A stretch of 61,455 nt of DNA, the filler included. It is 2 parts of 2 records of this genome, joined end to end, with 100 filler letters (N's around TTAATTAATTAA, not from the genome) between each part and the next. Parts side by side here need not be neighbours in the genome. Positions count along the whole stretch, not along the records: positions 1 to 30,207 come from SRR16203515_2325; 1 more part is not named here. One strand, written 5' to 3'. Numbering within the stretch: the stretch's first letter is position 1; every line of letters starts with the position of its first letter. The translations under genes and the position numbers were made by a program. Below the pieces are notes generated by a model. The model saw only the letters and a list, made by a program, of their open reading frames with translations. It had not been told where the DNA came from and did no database searches. Shown in pieces: positions 1 to 10,528 of this stretch.

Positions 1-91
1 TTATTGGTGATATTCCATGTTTAAGAATCGAAAACGGAATTTTTGCTAGTAAGTTTCCTGAAACAGTAAAAGACTAAAATTAAACACTATA

Positions 92-129
92 AAAAGGCCA
101 CTTGTTATAACAATAACAAGTGGCCTTTT
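92..129. terminator. Intrinsic terminator, bidirectional shape, after the TonB receptor
   Basis: Perfect inverted repeat aaaaggccacttgttat-aaca-ataacaagtggcctttt. Confidence 0.85.
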
Positions 130-172
130 AACTTTTGAAAGCTGCTAATCACTCTATCAACAGCGTAGTAAA

Positions 173-2326
173 TTAGTAATTTATACTATACTCCAGCGCC
201 AAACGGCGACCATAACCTGAGAACTGGCTACGATAGCTTTCCCAAATAACTTCTTTATTCATCTGAGAAACTAATGGCTGATAATCTTCATTCAATAGAT
301 TATCAATACCAAAGGTGAATCGACCAAAATCCGTGTCAAAAGTCGATACCAGATCAACTAGCGTATAACCGTCATAAGGTGACTCATAGAAACTATAACC
401 GGCATCGCTTTCGCGATCATGCTTGTCTCTGTCACCCACATAATTTGCCTGTAGGCGCAATGATGCTATATCGTTAAATCGGTAATCGCCATATATTGAC
501 GCTTTAATTGGCGTGATCCGCGTACCATTCATCCAATAATTATCACCAGTTTCACTATTGGTGCGCTTACCTTCAGACATAGACACACTAGTACCAAATT
601 TAATCTCCTGGTTAACTTGGTAATCCAATGTTGCTTCAAATCCCCAGATCTCTTCATCCGCAACAATCACAGCGGCAACACGCTTATCCGCCTGTGAGTC
701 GACATTATAATCATAGGCATAACCGTCTTTAATGTCTGAATAGAAGAAAGATAAGCTACCTTGCAGACTATCGTCACTGTAACGCAGACCCATCTCATAA
801 TAGTTAGTTTGAGTCGCCGGAATATCATCGGCAAACTCAGCAACACTATCCACAGGCATGTCACGTAGCATACGCATATCGGCGTGAGAATAACCTTGGG
901 AGTAACTGGCAAAAATATCGGTACTTGCTGCAATATTATAAACTAGACCTAAGTTGACCAGAGGTTTGTCATACTTAAGCGTATCGCCTTGTTTAGCGCT
1001 CAGTACACCTCGGCTATAACGCATATAGTCTGGCACTTCGATTTCAAAGTTCTCGTAGCGTAAACCTGCTTGTAGCGTCAAATCATCTGTCACTTGATTC
1101 CAATATTGTGCAAATGGGCTTAATTTAGTTTCAGTTAAATCACATACCGAGCAAATATATTGAGATTGAGTAATTAGATTACCATCCGCATCAATACCTG
1201 TAATAACATCACGATCTCGGCCTTGTTCGGTATTATCTTTACCGTATTCGAAGCCATAAGCTAAACGGCTTCTATCATTAATCGTCCATTGCATAGCCGC
1301 TTTAAAACCACTGCGGGTAGATATAATCTCAGATGCGGATTCATAACCCACGTTTACTTTACTGTAATAGGCAGACAGGCTTAATTGTTGGCTGAAGAAG
1401 TCATCTTGATCGTAGGTTAACTGTACGGTACTTAATTTAGTCGATGGATTGGGACCAACATAGGGTTGAGTCTTATCAATTTGAATTAGGCCGTTTTCTT
1501 CATTAACAGTACGCTTATAGTGCAACTTATTTTCGATATAATAATGATGAGCTAGCATAGCTAAGCGGCTTGATTCAAACTCCTGCTCTAGCTTAAATAA
1601 CACATCATATTCATCGGCATCCCCCATTCCGCCTTGATTATTCGGTGCGCCGGGTAATTGCTCTCCGTTGGAATCATAAAGATTACCGCGATCTTTACCC
1701 GACAAATTAAGTAAGTAACCAAGATCTGAATCAGTAGTGCCAGAAAAACTCTGCGAAATACTATAACCGGCGTCCGAAAGCTCATCGGTAAATGCTTCAA
1801 CCCCCACTCGAGTTTGCATCTCAAAGTTCACACTTGGCTTTTTGGTGATCACGTTAATAATTGCGCCCGCTTCGCCATTGCCATACATAGCACTCGCACC
1901 TTTAATCACCTCGATACTTTCAATCACATCAACGGAGATTGATTGCAGATCACGGCCACCAGCTCGTAAGGTTGTCGAAATCAGTACACCATCAATCATC
2001 ACTATCGCTTTTCCACCACGAAAGTTTTGACCAAATGTCGACATAGTTTCGGTACTAGGTGAAAAGCCTGGCACTAAATTGGAGATCATCTCAGACAAAT
2101 TACGTGCAACCACACGCTGCAGATCTAAATCTTCTTCTGAAACAATAAAAACTGAATTAGGGGTATCGCTTAACTTTTGCGCAAACGGCGAGGCCGTAAC
2201 AATGATATGTTCAATATCATGTGATTGATTGGCGACCTGTTGATTTTGTTCTGCTGTAACTGATGTGCTGACCAAAGCACTCAATACTGCGGCTCCTACG
2301 GTACTTAACTTCACTTGTCTTTCCAT
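173..2326 (-). CDS. TonB-dependent siderophore receptor (IutA-like)
   Basis: Signal peptide, TonB-box-like EHIIVTAS, plug motifs (IDGV, IESIEVIKGASAMYG..GAIINVITKK), C-terminal beta strand ending in Tyr. Confidence 0.9.
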   Translation of the reverse strand: MERQVKLSTVGAAVLSALVSTSVTAEQNQQVANQSHDIEHIIVTASPFAQKLSDTPNSVFIVSEEDLDLQRVVARNLSEMISNLVPGFSPSTETMSTFGQNFRGGKAIVMIDGVLISTTLRAGGRDLQSISVDVIESIEVIKGASAMYGNGEAGAIINVITKKPSVNFEMQTRVGVEAFTDELSDAGYSISQSFSGTTDSDLGYLLNLSGKDRGNLYDSNGEQLPGAPNNQGGMGDADEYDVLFKLEQEFESSRLAMLAHHYYIENKLHYKRTVNEENGLIQIDKTQPYVGPNPSTKLSTVQLTYDQDDFFSQQLSLSAYYSKVNVGYESASEIISTRSGFKAAMQWTINDRSRLAYGFEYGKDNTEQGRDRDVITGIDADGNLITQSQYICSVCDLTETKLSPFAQYWNQVTDDLTLQAGLRYENFEIEVPDYMRYSRGVLSAKQGDTLKYDKPLVNLGLVYNIAASTDIFASYSQGYSHADMRMLRDMPVDSVAEFADDIPATQTNYYEMGLRYSDDSLQGSLSFFYSDIKDGYAYDYNVDSQADKRVAAVIVADEEIWGFEATLDYQVNQEIKFGTSVSMSEGKRTNSETGDNYWMNGTRITPIKASIYGDYRFNDIASLRLQANYVGDRDKHDRESDAGYSFYESPYDGYTLVDLVSTFDTDFGRFTFGIDNLLNEDYQPLVSQMNKEVIWESYRSQFSGYGRRLALEYSINY

Positions 2327-2331
2327 AAATA

Positions 2332-2350
2332 AATGAGAATGAACATTATT
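2332..2350 (-). promoter_or_regulatory. Putative Fur box
   Basis: AATGAGAAT-G-AACATTATT vs the 9-1-9 consensus AATGATAAT-N-ATTATCATT (8/9 and 6/9), just upstream of an iron receptor start. Confidence 0.65.
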
Positions 2351-2478
2351 TACATTTACTTATAAATCGCAACCGTACTGCAAAATATTTACAAACATTA
2401 CAATTAACTATTGAAAAGCAATAAGCCTGCTTCACAAAGAATAATCAACTGTAAGTACCTGCATTACCTAGCGCAAAA

Positions 2479-4443
2479 TCAACTCGCTCTATCAGCATGG
2501 TCAACTTGCTCTACTAGCACAACTTTATCTCGGCCTTGGGCTTTGGCACGGTAAAGCGCTTTATCTGCACCTTCTAACACTTCTTGCCAACAATCTTTGA
2601 GTAACGACGCATTGAGACGCTTACCCACGCCGATAGAAACAGTAAGGTTTAAACTCTGTTTGCCAGCAACAATAGGGGCATCAGCAATTGCTTGGCGTAC
2701 TCTTTCAAAACGATTTTGAAGCTCTGCTAAGCTGACTGGTGCAGCTGATGTTGACCAACTTAAGGAAAGAACGAACTCTTCACCGCCCCAGCGAACTAAC
2801 AAATCCTGCTCACGAATATTTTTCTGGATAATACTGCCGACTTGTACAAGCACCTCATCACCGATGTCGTGACCATAGTTATCATTTACCGCTTTAAAAT
2901 GATCGACATCGATAATGGCTAAGCACATTTGTGTACTTTGACCTGCAGATTGTTGCGCTAGGAAGTCGAGAAAATAACGACGATTATACAAACCCGTTAA
3001 CGTGTCGATATTAGATTGCTTATAGAGCTCCAAATTCGAGGATTGCAGGTTTTTATTGTCATTTTCTAGCCAATAACGCTTCTTGATCAATAGCGATATA
3101 GAGATGATTGCCACAAGAATAAAGAAACATAAAAACTTCTCTCTAATATCCTGCTCCGCCAGGCGCGCTTCATGGGCATCGTTCTCAGCCGTCAATAACG
3201 CCACCTCTTGTAAGCGATATTTTTCTTTGTAAGTTTCGCTTAGGTTAAGTAACATTTTTCCGCGCTTATCAAAAAGCAGATCTTTTTCAGCCTCATTCGC
3301 TTTACGCTGATAGCTGAGTGCTAACTGATAATCACCTAATGCCTCGTAAGCCAATGCATAATTATTATACATATCAGCATAAGAGGCTCGAGTTCCTATT
3401 TGCTCATAGATAGCCTTAGTATGATTCAGGGTCTTCAATCCACTCTCAATATTACCAGATTTAATCAATGCCTTAGCCAGCATTCGACTACAATCAGCTT
3501 CGTTCACTCGATAATCTAATTCTGACGAGCGAGCAATACACTCATTTGCCTTTAACGTAGCGCTCTCATATTGCTGAGTTGACAAATAGTAATGGAGCCA
3601 AGCTGTCATCACATTAAATTTAACTCTCAACTCACCGCTTTTATCAGCGCTTTTTTGCGCAGCAATAAGATAAGGCTTACTCTCATCAACTCGGCCAAGG
3701 CGCTCCAAAATAAAAGCAGCATTATTATTGAATGCACTCAATTGTTCATAATCACCGCCAAATTGCTCAACATGGACTAAAGCATTGGTATTAGACTCCC
3801 ACGCTTTGTCCCACTCTTCAATTTCAAGGTAAATAAGCGAAACATTAGACAGAACCTTACTGACATAAGGATCTTCAGGCTGTTTCATAAATATATCGAG
3901 GGCTTTAAGGTAATACTCTAATGCAAAGTAGTATTGGTCTTGGAAGAAATACAGTGCAGCTTTGGTGTTATATCCGCGTGCGGTCAAATGAACAAAGTTA
4001 ACTTTTTTCAATAACGCTATTGACTCATCAATTAAGGTTAATCCCTGTTGATATAGGCTTTCTCTGATAGCAAATGTCGCTAGCCACATTTTTGCCTCAG
4101 CAATTAACCAGTCCTGCTTATGTGATTCGCCTGCTTCTAACAGGTCCACTATCGCTTTTTCAGCCAATTGCGGCGCACCATCAGATAACTCGATATCATG
4201 TAAAATTCGATAATAAGCAAATGCATAAAAAGCTGAGGCTTCAACCTGCTCTGCTGAGATAAGTAGGTTCAACTTATTGCGTTTTAAGCTGGCAGCAAGA
4301 TTCTTGTCTTGAAATACTGCAATAATTTCTTCACCATTGGTCAGTTTTTCAATGGTGTTTAAAGGAGAGAACTCAACAGTGTTTGCAGCATGACAGTTAA
4401 TTGAAATCCCTAACAAAAAAATAAATACAATTATCTTATCCAT
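2479..4443 (-). CDS. Membrane diguanylate cyclase with periplasmic TPR-like region
   Basis: Signal peptide, TPR-like helices, one TM (FLCFFILVAIISISLLI), DTLTGLYNRR, DVDHFKAVND, RWGGEEF, I-site REQD. Confidence 0.9.
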   Translation of the reverse strand: MDKIIVFIFLLGISINCHAANTVEFSPLNTIEKLTNGEEIIAVFQDKNLAASLKRNKLNLLISAEQVEASAFYAFAYYRILHDIELSDGAPQLAEKAIVDLLEAGESHKQDWLIAEAKMWLATFAIRESLYQQGLTLIDESIALLKKVNFVHLTARGYNTKAALYFFQDQYYFALEYYLKALDIFMKQPEDPYVSKVLSNVSLIYLEIEEWDKAWESNTNALVHVEQFGGDYEQLSAFNNNAAFILERLGRVDESKPYLIAAQKSADKSGELRVKFNVMTAWLHYYLSTQQYESATLKANECIARSSELDYRVNEADCSRMLAKALIKSGNIESGLKTLNHTKAIYEQIGTRASYADMYNNYALAYEALGDYQLALSYQRKANEAEKDLLFDKRGKMLLNLSETYKEKYRLQEVALLTAENDAHEARLAEQDIREKFLCFFILVAIISISLLIKKRYWLENDNKNLQSSNLELYKQSNIDTLTGLYNRRYFLDFLAQQSAGQSTQMCLAIIDVDHFKAVNDNYGHDIGDEVLVQVGSIIQKNIREQDLLVRWGGEEFVLSLSWSTSAAPVSLAELQNRFERVRQAIADAPIVAGKQSLNLTVSIGVGKRLNASLLKDCWQEVLEGADKALYRAKAQGRDKVVLVEQVDHADRAS

Positions 4444-4772
4444 GACAATATCGCTAACTGAGAAGTAAGATTTAAGTCGTAGACGCTACGAAAGTCACAG
4501 CTAATAATGCAGCTAGAACATTCTATTAACGACTGTATCTTATTATTAATAAAGGAGTTAGCGACACAATATCTGAAAAATAATTAAGGTCAATACAAAT
4601 GTTACTATGCGAATATACACATGACTACAATTCAGCCGTATTGTCTTTAAAGAGCAGATAAACCAACCACTTTCTGTTCGATATTTAACTTAATAGCCAT
4701 TGTTTTTCTGCTCTATTTAGCATTAGATAAAGATTGACTAATCCACCAGCTAAAGTGAGCTAAGAGAGCCTA

Positions 4773-5519
4773 ATGAAAAATATTATTTGCGATATTGATG
4801 GTGTCCTGCTGCATAACAATCAGCTTATTCCTGGAAGCGACAAATTTATTCACCGCGTGCTTGAGCAAGGTAATCCTCTGGTTGTACTCACAAACTACCC
4901 AGTACAAACCGGAAAGGATCTACAAAACCGCCTCGGCGCAGCCGGGATAAATATTCCCGAAGAGTGCTTTTACACCTCAGCGATGGCGACTGCTGATTTT
5001 CTTAAACATCAACACGGCACCAAAGCCTTTGTGATTGGCGAAGGAGCATTAACCCACGAATTATATAAAGCAGGGTTTACCATCACTGATATCAACCCCG
5101 ACTTCGTGATCGTCGGTGAAACACGTTCCTATAATTGGGACATGATCCATAAAGCAGCCAAATTTGTTAGTGAAGGTGCACGCTTTATCGCAACGAATCC
5201 CGATAGCCATGGCCCAGCTTATAGCCCTGCTTGTGGTGCATTATGCGCCCCGATTGAACGCATTAGTGGAAAAAAGCCATTTTATGTGGGTAAACCAAGT
5301 TCATGGATCATTCGCTCGGCGCTAAATCATATTGGTGGCCACTCAGACAATACGGTGATCATTGGCGATAATATGCGAACCGACATACTTGCTGGTTTTC
5401 AATCTGGCTTAGAGACGATTTTAGTCACTAGTGGTGTTAGCTCATTAGCTGATATCGAAAAAGAGCCTTTTAGACCGAACCATATCTTTAATTGCGCAGG
5501 TGACATCGACGTTGTTTGA
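4773..5519 (+). CDS. nagD: HAD-IIA nucleotide monophosphatase NagD
   Basis: DIDGVL motif I, FIATNPD, VGKP, IGDNMRTDI; 248 aa. Confidence 0.9.
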   Translation: MKNIICDIDGVLLHNNQLIPGSDKFIHRVLEQGNPLVVLTNYPVQTGKDLQNRLGAAGINIPEECFYTSAMATADFLKHQHGTKAFVIGEGALTHELYKAGFTITDINPDFVIVGETRSYNWDMIHKAAKFVSEGARFIATNPDSHGPAYSPACGALCAPIERISGKKPFYVGKPSSWIIRSALNHIGGHSDNTVIIGDNMRTDILAGFQSGLETILVTSGVSSLADIEKEPFRPNHIFNCAGDIDVV

Positions 5520-5671
5520 TAAATATTGCTCTTTAATTTCAAAATATTAAATAGACGCAATATTACGTAACATATTCATCCCCCTAGCCCTCTTGCCATA
5601 GAGGGTTATTTTCCTCCATCATGAACTTAGTAAAAGCAGAAAGTCTAAAATAACAATAATAGGACCTTAAT

Positions 5672-7318
5672 ATGCGGACAACTTTGTCGGCTTGCGCATT
5701 AGTAATGTTAAGTGCTTGCAGCCAACACCCAAGCAACATTAATGACACCACAGATATAAATTTTGACGAAAGTCGCTTCCGACAAGACATCAAAATACTC
5801 TCATCTGACGAATTTGAAGGGCGAGCGCCAACCACCAAAGGCGAAGAACTCACCCTCGCCTATTTAAGTGAAGCGTTTGCAGCAATGGGCCTCGAAAAGC
5901 CTAACGGTAAAGACTATTTGCAAGCCGTACCTATGGTGACTTACACACCATCAGAGCAACAACAGATCCAACTAGGTGAGTTAGCCGTTAAATATCGTCA
6001 AGACATAGTGCTAAGCAGCCGTCATGATATCGCCAATATTGATATTAATAATGCACCGTTAGTGTTTGTTGGATACGGCATTAATGCTCCAGAATATCAA
6101 TGGAACGATTACCAAGACGTAGATATGGCAGGGAAAGTAGCGGTGATCTTAGTCAACGATCCAGGCTTTGCTCTGCCCGACTCAGGTAAGTTTAACGGCA
6201 AAGCAATGACTTATTACGGCCGCTGGAGCTACAAGTTTGAAGAAGCAAGTCGCCAAGGTGCATTAGGCGCGATTATTATTCACGATACTAAGCCTGCTTC
6301 TTACCCTTGGTCTGTTGTTGAAAATAGCTGGACCGGTGCTCAACAAGATCTAGCCAACACAGAGCAACAATCTAAGCGTGTTAAAGTTGAAGGTTGGATG
6401 ACTTACAGCACTGCTGAGCAACTATTTACTAAAGCTGGTCTATCTTTATCAACCGTTGTAGATCGCGCCGCCGCAAGCCCAATTAGTCTTGCATTAAATC
6501 AAAACGCGTCAATTGCATTTGCAAATAAAGCCCAGTATAGCAATAGCTATAATGTTGTCGCGACTCTACCTGGCAGTAGCCGCCCTGATGAGCAACTGCT
6601 ATTTACCGCGCACTGGGATCACATTGGCATAGACCCCAATAAACAAGGTGATCAAATTTATAATGGCGCACTCGATAACGCCTCTGGCACCGCAGGCATT
6701 TTAGAAATTGCACGCCAGTTTGCCGACCAAGCAAATAAGGGCAAGCCACTTGCTCGCTCACTCACCTTTATCGCCACAACCGGTGAGGAACAAGGTTTAC
6801 TTGGCTCACGCTATTATGCGGCAGATCCAATCTACCCGCTTGATAAAACAGTCGCTGTGTTTAACCTTGATAGCACTAACGTCTATGGCCGCACCTTAGA
6901 CTACACCATTATTGGTAAAGGTAAATCAGAGCTTGAAAACTATCTGATTGATGCACTGAAGAGCCAAAACCGTACAGCAAAAAGTGAAAAGTACCCCGAA
7001 GCTGGCGGCTTTTTCCGCTCAGATCATTTCAGCTTTGCCAAAAAAGGCGTCCCCGCGGTGTTTGCTGGCGGTGGCAGTGAGCCAGTAGATGAAGCAACAG
7101 CCCAATATAAAGCTGCAATGCAGATTAAAATGAAAGGTTGCTACCATAATGTGTGTGATGAATATCGTGAAGACTGGGATCTTTCTGGTGCGCTAGAAGA
7201 TCTCGCCATTTTTTATCAAGCAGCTGCTACACTTGGTAATAACAACGATTGGCCTGGATATTATAAAGGCACCGAATTTAACGCATTGCGTCCAGCTAAG
7301 GATGATGCGACACAATAA
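5672..7318 (+). CDS. M28 family metallopeptidase lipoprotein with PA domain
   Basis: Lipobox LSAC, AHWDH, GALDNASG, GEEQGLLGS, RSDHF, YHNVCD. Confidence 0.9.
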   Translation: MRTTLSACALVMLSACSQHPSNINDTTDINFDESRFRQDIKILSSDEFEGRAPTTKGEELTLAYLSEAFAAMGLEKPNGKDYLQAVPMVTYTPSEQQQIQLGELAVKYRQDIVLSSRHDIANIDINNAPLVFVGYGINAPEYQWNDYQDVDMAGKVAVILVNDPGFALPDSGKFNGKAMTYYGRWSYKFEEASRQGALGAIIIHDTKPASYPWSVVENSWTGAQQDLANTEQQSKRVKVEGWMTYSTAEQLFTKAGLSLSTVVDRAAASPISLALNQNASIAFANKAQYSNSYNVVATLPGSSRPDEQLLFTAHWDHIGIDPNKQGDQIYNGALDNASGTAGILEIARQFADQANKGKPLARSLTFIATTGEEQGLLGSRYYAADPIYPLDKTVAVFNLDSTNVYGRTLDYTIIGKGKSELENYLIDALKSQNRTAKSEKYPEAGGFFRSDHFSFAKKGVPAVFAGGGSEPVDEATAQYKAAMQIKMKGCYHNVCDEYREDWDLSGALEDLAIFYQAAATLGNNNDWPGYYKGTEFNALRPAKDDATQ

Positions 7319-7342
7319 AACGCCATTATCACGTTTCCAACT

Positions 7343-7377
7343 AGCCGGCTTGCTACCCACTTGTCGGCTTTTTTTTG
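7343..7377 (+). terminator. Intrinsic terminator
   Basis: agccggc...gtcggct stem followed by a T run. Confidence 0.7.
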
Positions 7378-7806
7378 GCTTTAATTCAGCCTTTAGCTCA
7401 GCCTAACTCTTAACCATTTATCTATTTTCATTGCCAACTTACTCTCGCGCAAGCTTTTGCAATAACGTGTAAATGTCCATACTTTATGCCGTAATACTTG
7501 CAATAGCTCACCGATTAATCTCTCAAAATAGACTTTTTCAGCTAAAAACTGAAAAAAGTGATTATTCGCATCTCGTTATAGATTATCCAGTCATTCCGCC
7601 CTATTCGATAGCACTACAAAACATTCCTCAACAAAACAACCAAAAACTTAAATAAACTTCATTTAAAAAAATAATTAGATGAATAAAACACTAAAAAAGC
7701 AACCTAAACACAGATAAATCATCATAAACCGATTTGTATTGTTAAATATTCAATGGCACAGTAATAGGCAATTAAAGATTAAAACAGAATTATTTTGGAG
7801 TGACCT

Positions 7807-9471
7807 ATGTGTTCAATTTTTGCAATTTTAGATATCCAGTCAGATGCAACGCCACTGCGTCAAGTCGCTCTTGAAATGTCCAAGTTACTGCGTCATCGCG
7901 GTCCAGATTGGTCAGGAATTTACAGCAGCGACAAAGCTATTCTAGCCCACGAACGTTTAGCTATCGTTGATATTGAACACGGTGCTCAGCCACTGCTAAG
8001 CGAAGATGGTTCAATCGTATTAGCTGTTAACGGCGAAATCTACAACCATAAAGAACTTAAAGCAGAGCTAGGTGAAAAGTACAGCTACCAAACTAACTCA
8101 GATTGTGAAGTCATTTTGGCGCTATACCAAGAATACGGCACCGAGTTCCTTGATAAGCTTAACGGCATTTTCGCATTCGTACTTTACGATAAAGCCAAAG
8201 ATGCTTATTTAGTTGGCCGAGATCACATGGGTATTATCCCGCTATATACTGGTCGTGATGCAGAAGGCAACTTCTATGTCGCGTCAGAAATGAAAGCGTT
8301 AATGCCAGTTTGTAAAACCGTTGAAACCTTTACTCCAGGTCATTACCTTTCAAGTGAACAAGGTGAGCTCACTCATTACTATCAACGTGATTGGCGCGAG
8401 TTTGCTGCAGTGCAAGATAACCCAGCAAATGCTGAAGATGTGCGTGACGCATTAGAAGCAGCGGTAAAACGCCAATTAATGTCTGATGTACCATATGGTG
8501 TGCTTTTGTCAGGCGGCCTTGACTCATCTGTTATCTCAGCGATCACGCAAACATTTGCTAAACGCCGTATCGAAGATGATGGTGAAAGCAATGCATGGTG
8601 GCCGCAGCTGCATTCATTTGCGGTGGGACTTGAAGGCGCACCGGACCTAATTGCCGCGCAAAAAGTAGCCGATGCAATAGGCACAATTCATCATGAAATA
8701 ACCTTTACCTTCCAAGATGGTATTGATGCGATTAAAGATGTGATCTATCACTTAGAAACATACGATGTCACCACCATTCGTGCAGCAACACCTATGTACT
8801 TAATGGCGAGAAAAATCAAAGCTATGGGCATTAAAATGGTGTTATCGGGCGAAGGCGCAGATGAGCTATTTGGTGGCTACTTATACTTCCATAAAGCGCC
8901 AAACGCACAAGCATTCCATGAAGAACTGGTACGTAAGCTAGATAAATTACACCTATTTGACTGTCTACGTGCCAACAAAGCCATGGCCGCTTGGGGACTG
9001 GAAGCACGCGTGCCATTTTTAGATAAAGAGTTTATGGACGTAGCCATGCGCACTAACCCAGAAGCTAAAATGTCTAAAAATGGTAAAATCGAGAAACACA
9101 TTTTACGTGAAGCCTTTGAGCATAAGTTGCCAAAAGAAGTGGCGTGGCGTCAAAAAGAGCAGTTCAGCGATGGTGTTGGTTACTCTTGGATTGATGGTCT
9201 AAAAGATCATGCAGCCGAACAGGTAGACGATTTAAAGCTGGCAAATGCTAAATTTAGATTCCCATACAACACACCTGAAACCAAAGAAGCTTACTTTTAC
9301 CGTACCTTCTTTGAAGAATTGTTCCCGCTACCAAGTGCAGCAGAAACAGTGCCAGGTGGTAAGTCAGTAGCCTGCTCAACACCAGAGGCATTAGCATGGG
9401 ATGAGAGCTTACAAGGGATCATCGACCCGTCAGGCCGTGCTGTGCAGTCAGTACACGACAGCGCATACTAA
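7807..9471 (+). CDS. asnB: Asparagine synthetase B
   Basis: N-terminal Cys2 (MCSIF), RHRGPD, NGEIYN, SGGLDSS, SGEGADE; 554 aa. Confidence 0.97.
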   Translation: MCSIFAILDIQSDATPLRQVALEMSKLLRHRGPDWSGIYSSDKAILAHERLAIVDIEHGAQPLLSEDGSIVLAVNGEIYNHKELKAELGEKYSYQTNSDCEVILALYQEYGTEFLDKLNGIFAFVLYDKAKDAYLVGRDHMGIIPLYTGRDAEGNFYVASEMKALMPVCKTVETFTPGHYLSSEQGELTHYYQRDWREFAAVQDNPANAEDVRDALEAAVKRQLMSDVPYGVLLSGGLDSSVISAITQTFAKRRIEDDGESNAWWPQLHSFAVGLEGAPDLIAAQKVADAIGTIHHEITFTFQDGIDAIKDVIYHLETYDVTTIRAATPMYLMARKIKAMGIKMVLSGEGADELFGGYLYFHKAPNAQAFHEELVRKLDKLHLFDCLRANKAMAAWGLEARVPFLDKEFMDVAMRTNPEAKMSKNGKIEKHILREAFEHKLPKEVAWRQKEQFSDGVGYSWIDGLKDHAAEQVDDLKLANAKFRFPYNTPETKEAYFYRTFFEELFPLPSAAETVPGGKSVACSTPEALAWDESLQGIIDPSGRAVQSVHDSAY

Positions 9472-9510
9472 CGCCTCAGAAAGTGCTTTAAGCACAAGTA
9501 CGACGAAACT

Positions 9511-9536
9511 AAAAGCCACTCTCCTGAGTGGCTTTT
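9511..9536. terminator. Bidirectional terminator between convergent genes
   Basis: aaaagccactc-tcct-gagtggctttt. Confidence 0.85.
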
Positions 9537-9560
9537 GTATATGTGAAACTAAACCCCAAA

Positions 9561-9905
9561 CTAGTTCAGAGCTTTAAAATAGTGTTGCTGTTTAATATCT
9601 ACTATTTCAATAGTAACACTAGAAACCGTAGCGGTAACTAGTGCGATAGCATCATAGACTCGCTCAAGCAATAACGCTTTTTGCTCATCCGTACGCCCGG
9701 GCATTATCGCAATATTTAAATGAATAAAGTGATTGTTTGCGTCTTCACCAATTTGGTAATAATCACAAGCGTGTGCTCGAGTTTTTATCGCTTTAGGCTC
9801 AAACAACTCTGACTCAATTAACCCTCTGTGGCTTGCCGTAACTAACGCTTCAATAGAAAGCAGATCAGCTAATGGTGCCGAATATTCAATGGTGCAATGT
9901 GGCAT
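9561..9905 (-). CDS. 5-carboxymethyl-2-hydroxymuconate isomerase / tautomerase family protein
   Basis: Catalytic N-terminal Pro (MPHCTIEYS), IKTRA, FIHL..IMPGRT. Confidence 0.8.
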   Translation of the reverse strand: MPHCTIEYSAPLADLLSIEALVTASHRGLIESELFEPKAIKTRAHACDYYQIGEDANNHFIHLNIAIMPGRTDEQKALLLERVYDAIALVTATVSSVTIEIVDIKQQHYFKALN

Positions 9906-10005
9906 AACTTGCCCTTGTTTTACATAACAGTGAAATGACTAAAATCTCGTGCGAGACTCTTATTCTCGCTACGGAGCAAAAAATGATAATTGCAGTCTAA
10001 ATCCT

Positions 10006-10368
10006 TTATTCTGACCAAACAGCGTATTCATTACCGTTAGGGTCAATAAAATGAAACCTTCGCCCACCGGGAAACGAGAAGATCTGTTGACTGATTCTGC
10101 CTCCAGCCTCTACTACCACAGTCTGAGTTTGTTCTAATTGAGCTGAATAGATAACAATCAGTGGACAGCCTTGTGCAGTTGCAAAGCTTTTATCGCTAAC
10201 AAAAAATCCACCGCTAATACCTACATCAATAAAACAGCTATATTCAGGACCATAATCGACAAATTGCCAATTAAATACATCGCTGAAGAACGCCTTGGTT
10301 TTAGCAATATCTTTAACCGGGATCTCAAGATAGTTAATGCTGTGGTGCTGTATTTTATCTTGCTGCAT
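10006..10368 (-). CDS. VOC/glyoxalase family protein
   Basis: INYLEIP, FFSDVFNW, FPGGRRFHFIDPNGNE. Confidence 0.85.
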   Translation of the reverse strand: MQQDKIQHHSINYLEIPVKDIAKTKAFFSDVFNWQFVDYGPEYSCFIDVGISGGFFVSDKSFATAQGCPLIVIYSAQLEQTQTVVVEAGGRISQQIFSFPGGRRFHFIDPNGNEYAVWSE

Positions 10369-10478
10369 CTATCACTCCTGTGAACGCCATTTTGCAAATA
10401 TGGCTAAACCATAACCCAGCGAGCATTAATCGTACAGCAATTGGAAATATTCCAGCTAGATAACAGCTTTAATGCAAT

Positions 10479-10505
10479 AAAAAAGGGAAGCCTTAGCTTC
10501 CCTTT
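10479..10505 (-). terminator. Intrinsic terminator after the DUF445 gene
   Basis: A-tract then gggaagc-ctta-gcttccc (U-tail on minus strand). Confidence 0.8.
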
Positions 10506-10528
10506 CAATCTAAATCAGTTTTAATCTA

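Noticed and set aside
1-24. 3' end of an upstream + strand gene
   Set aside because: Only a few codons visible; cannot be supported
7473-7655. 60-aa ORF upstream of asnB as a leader peptide
   Set aside because: No SD or attenuator hairpins; AT-rich promoter DNA
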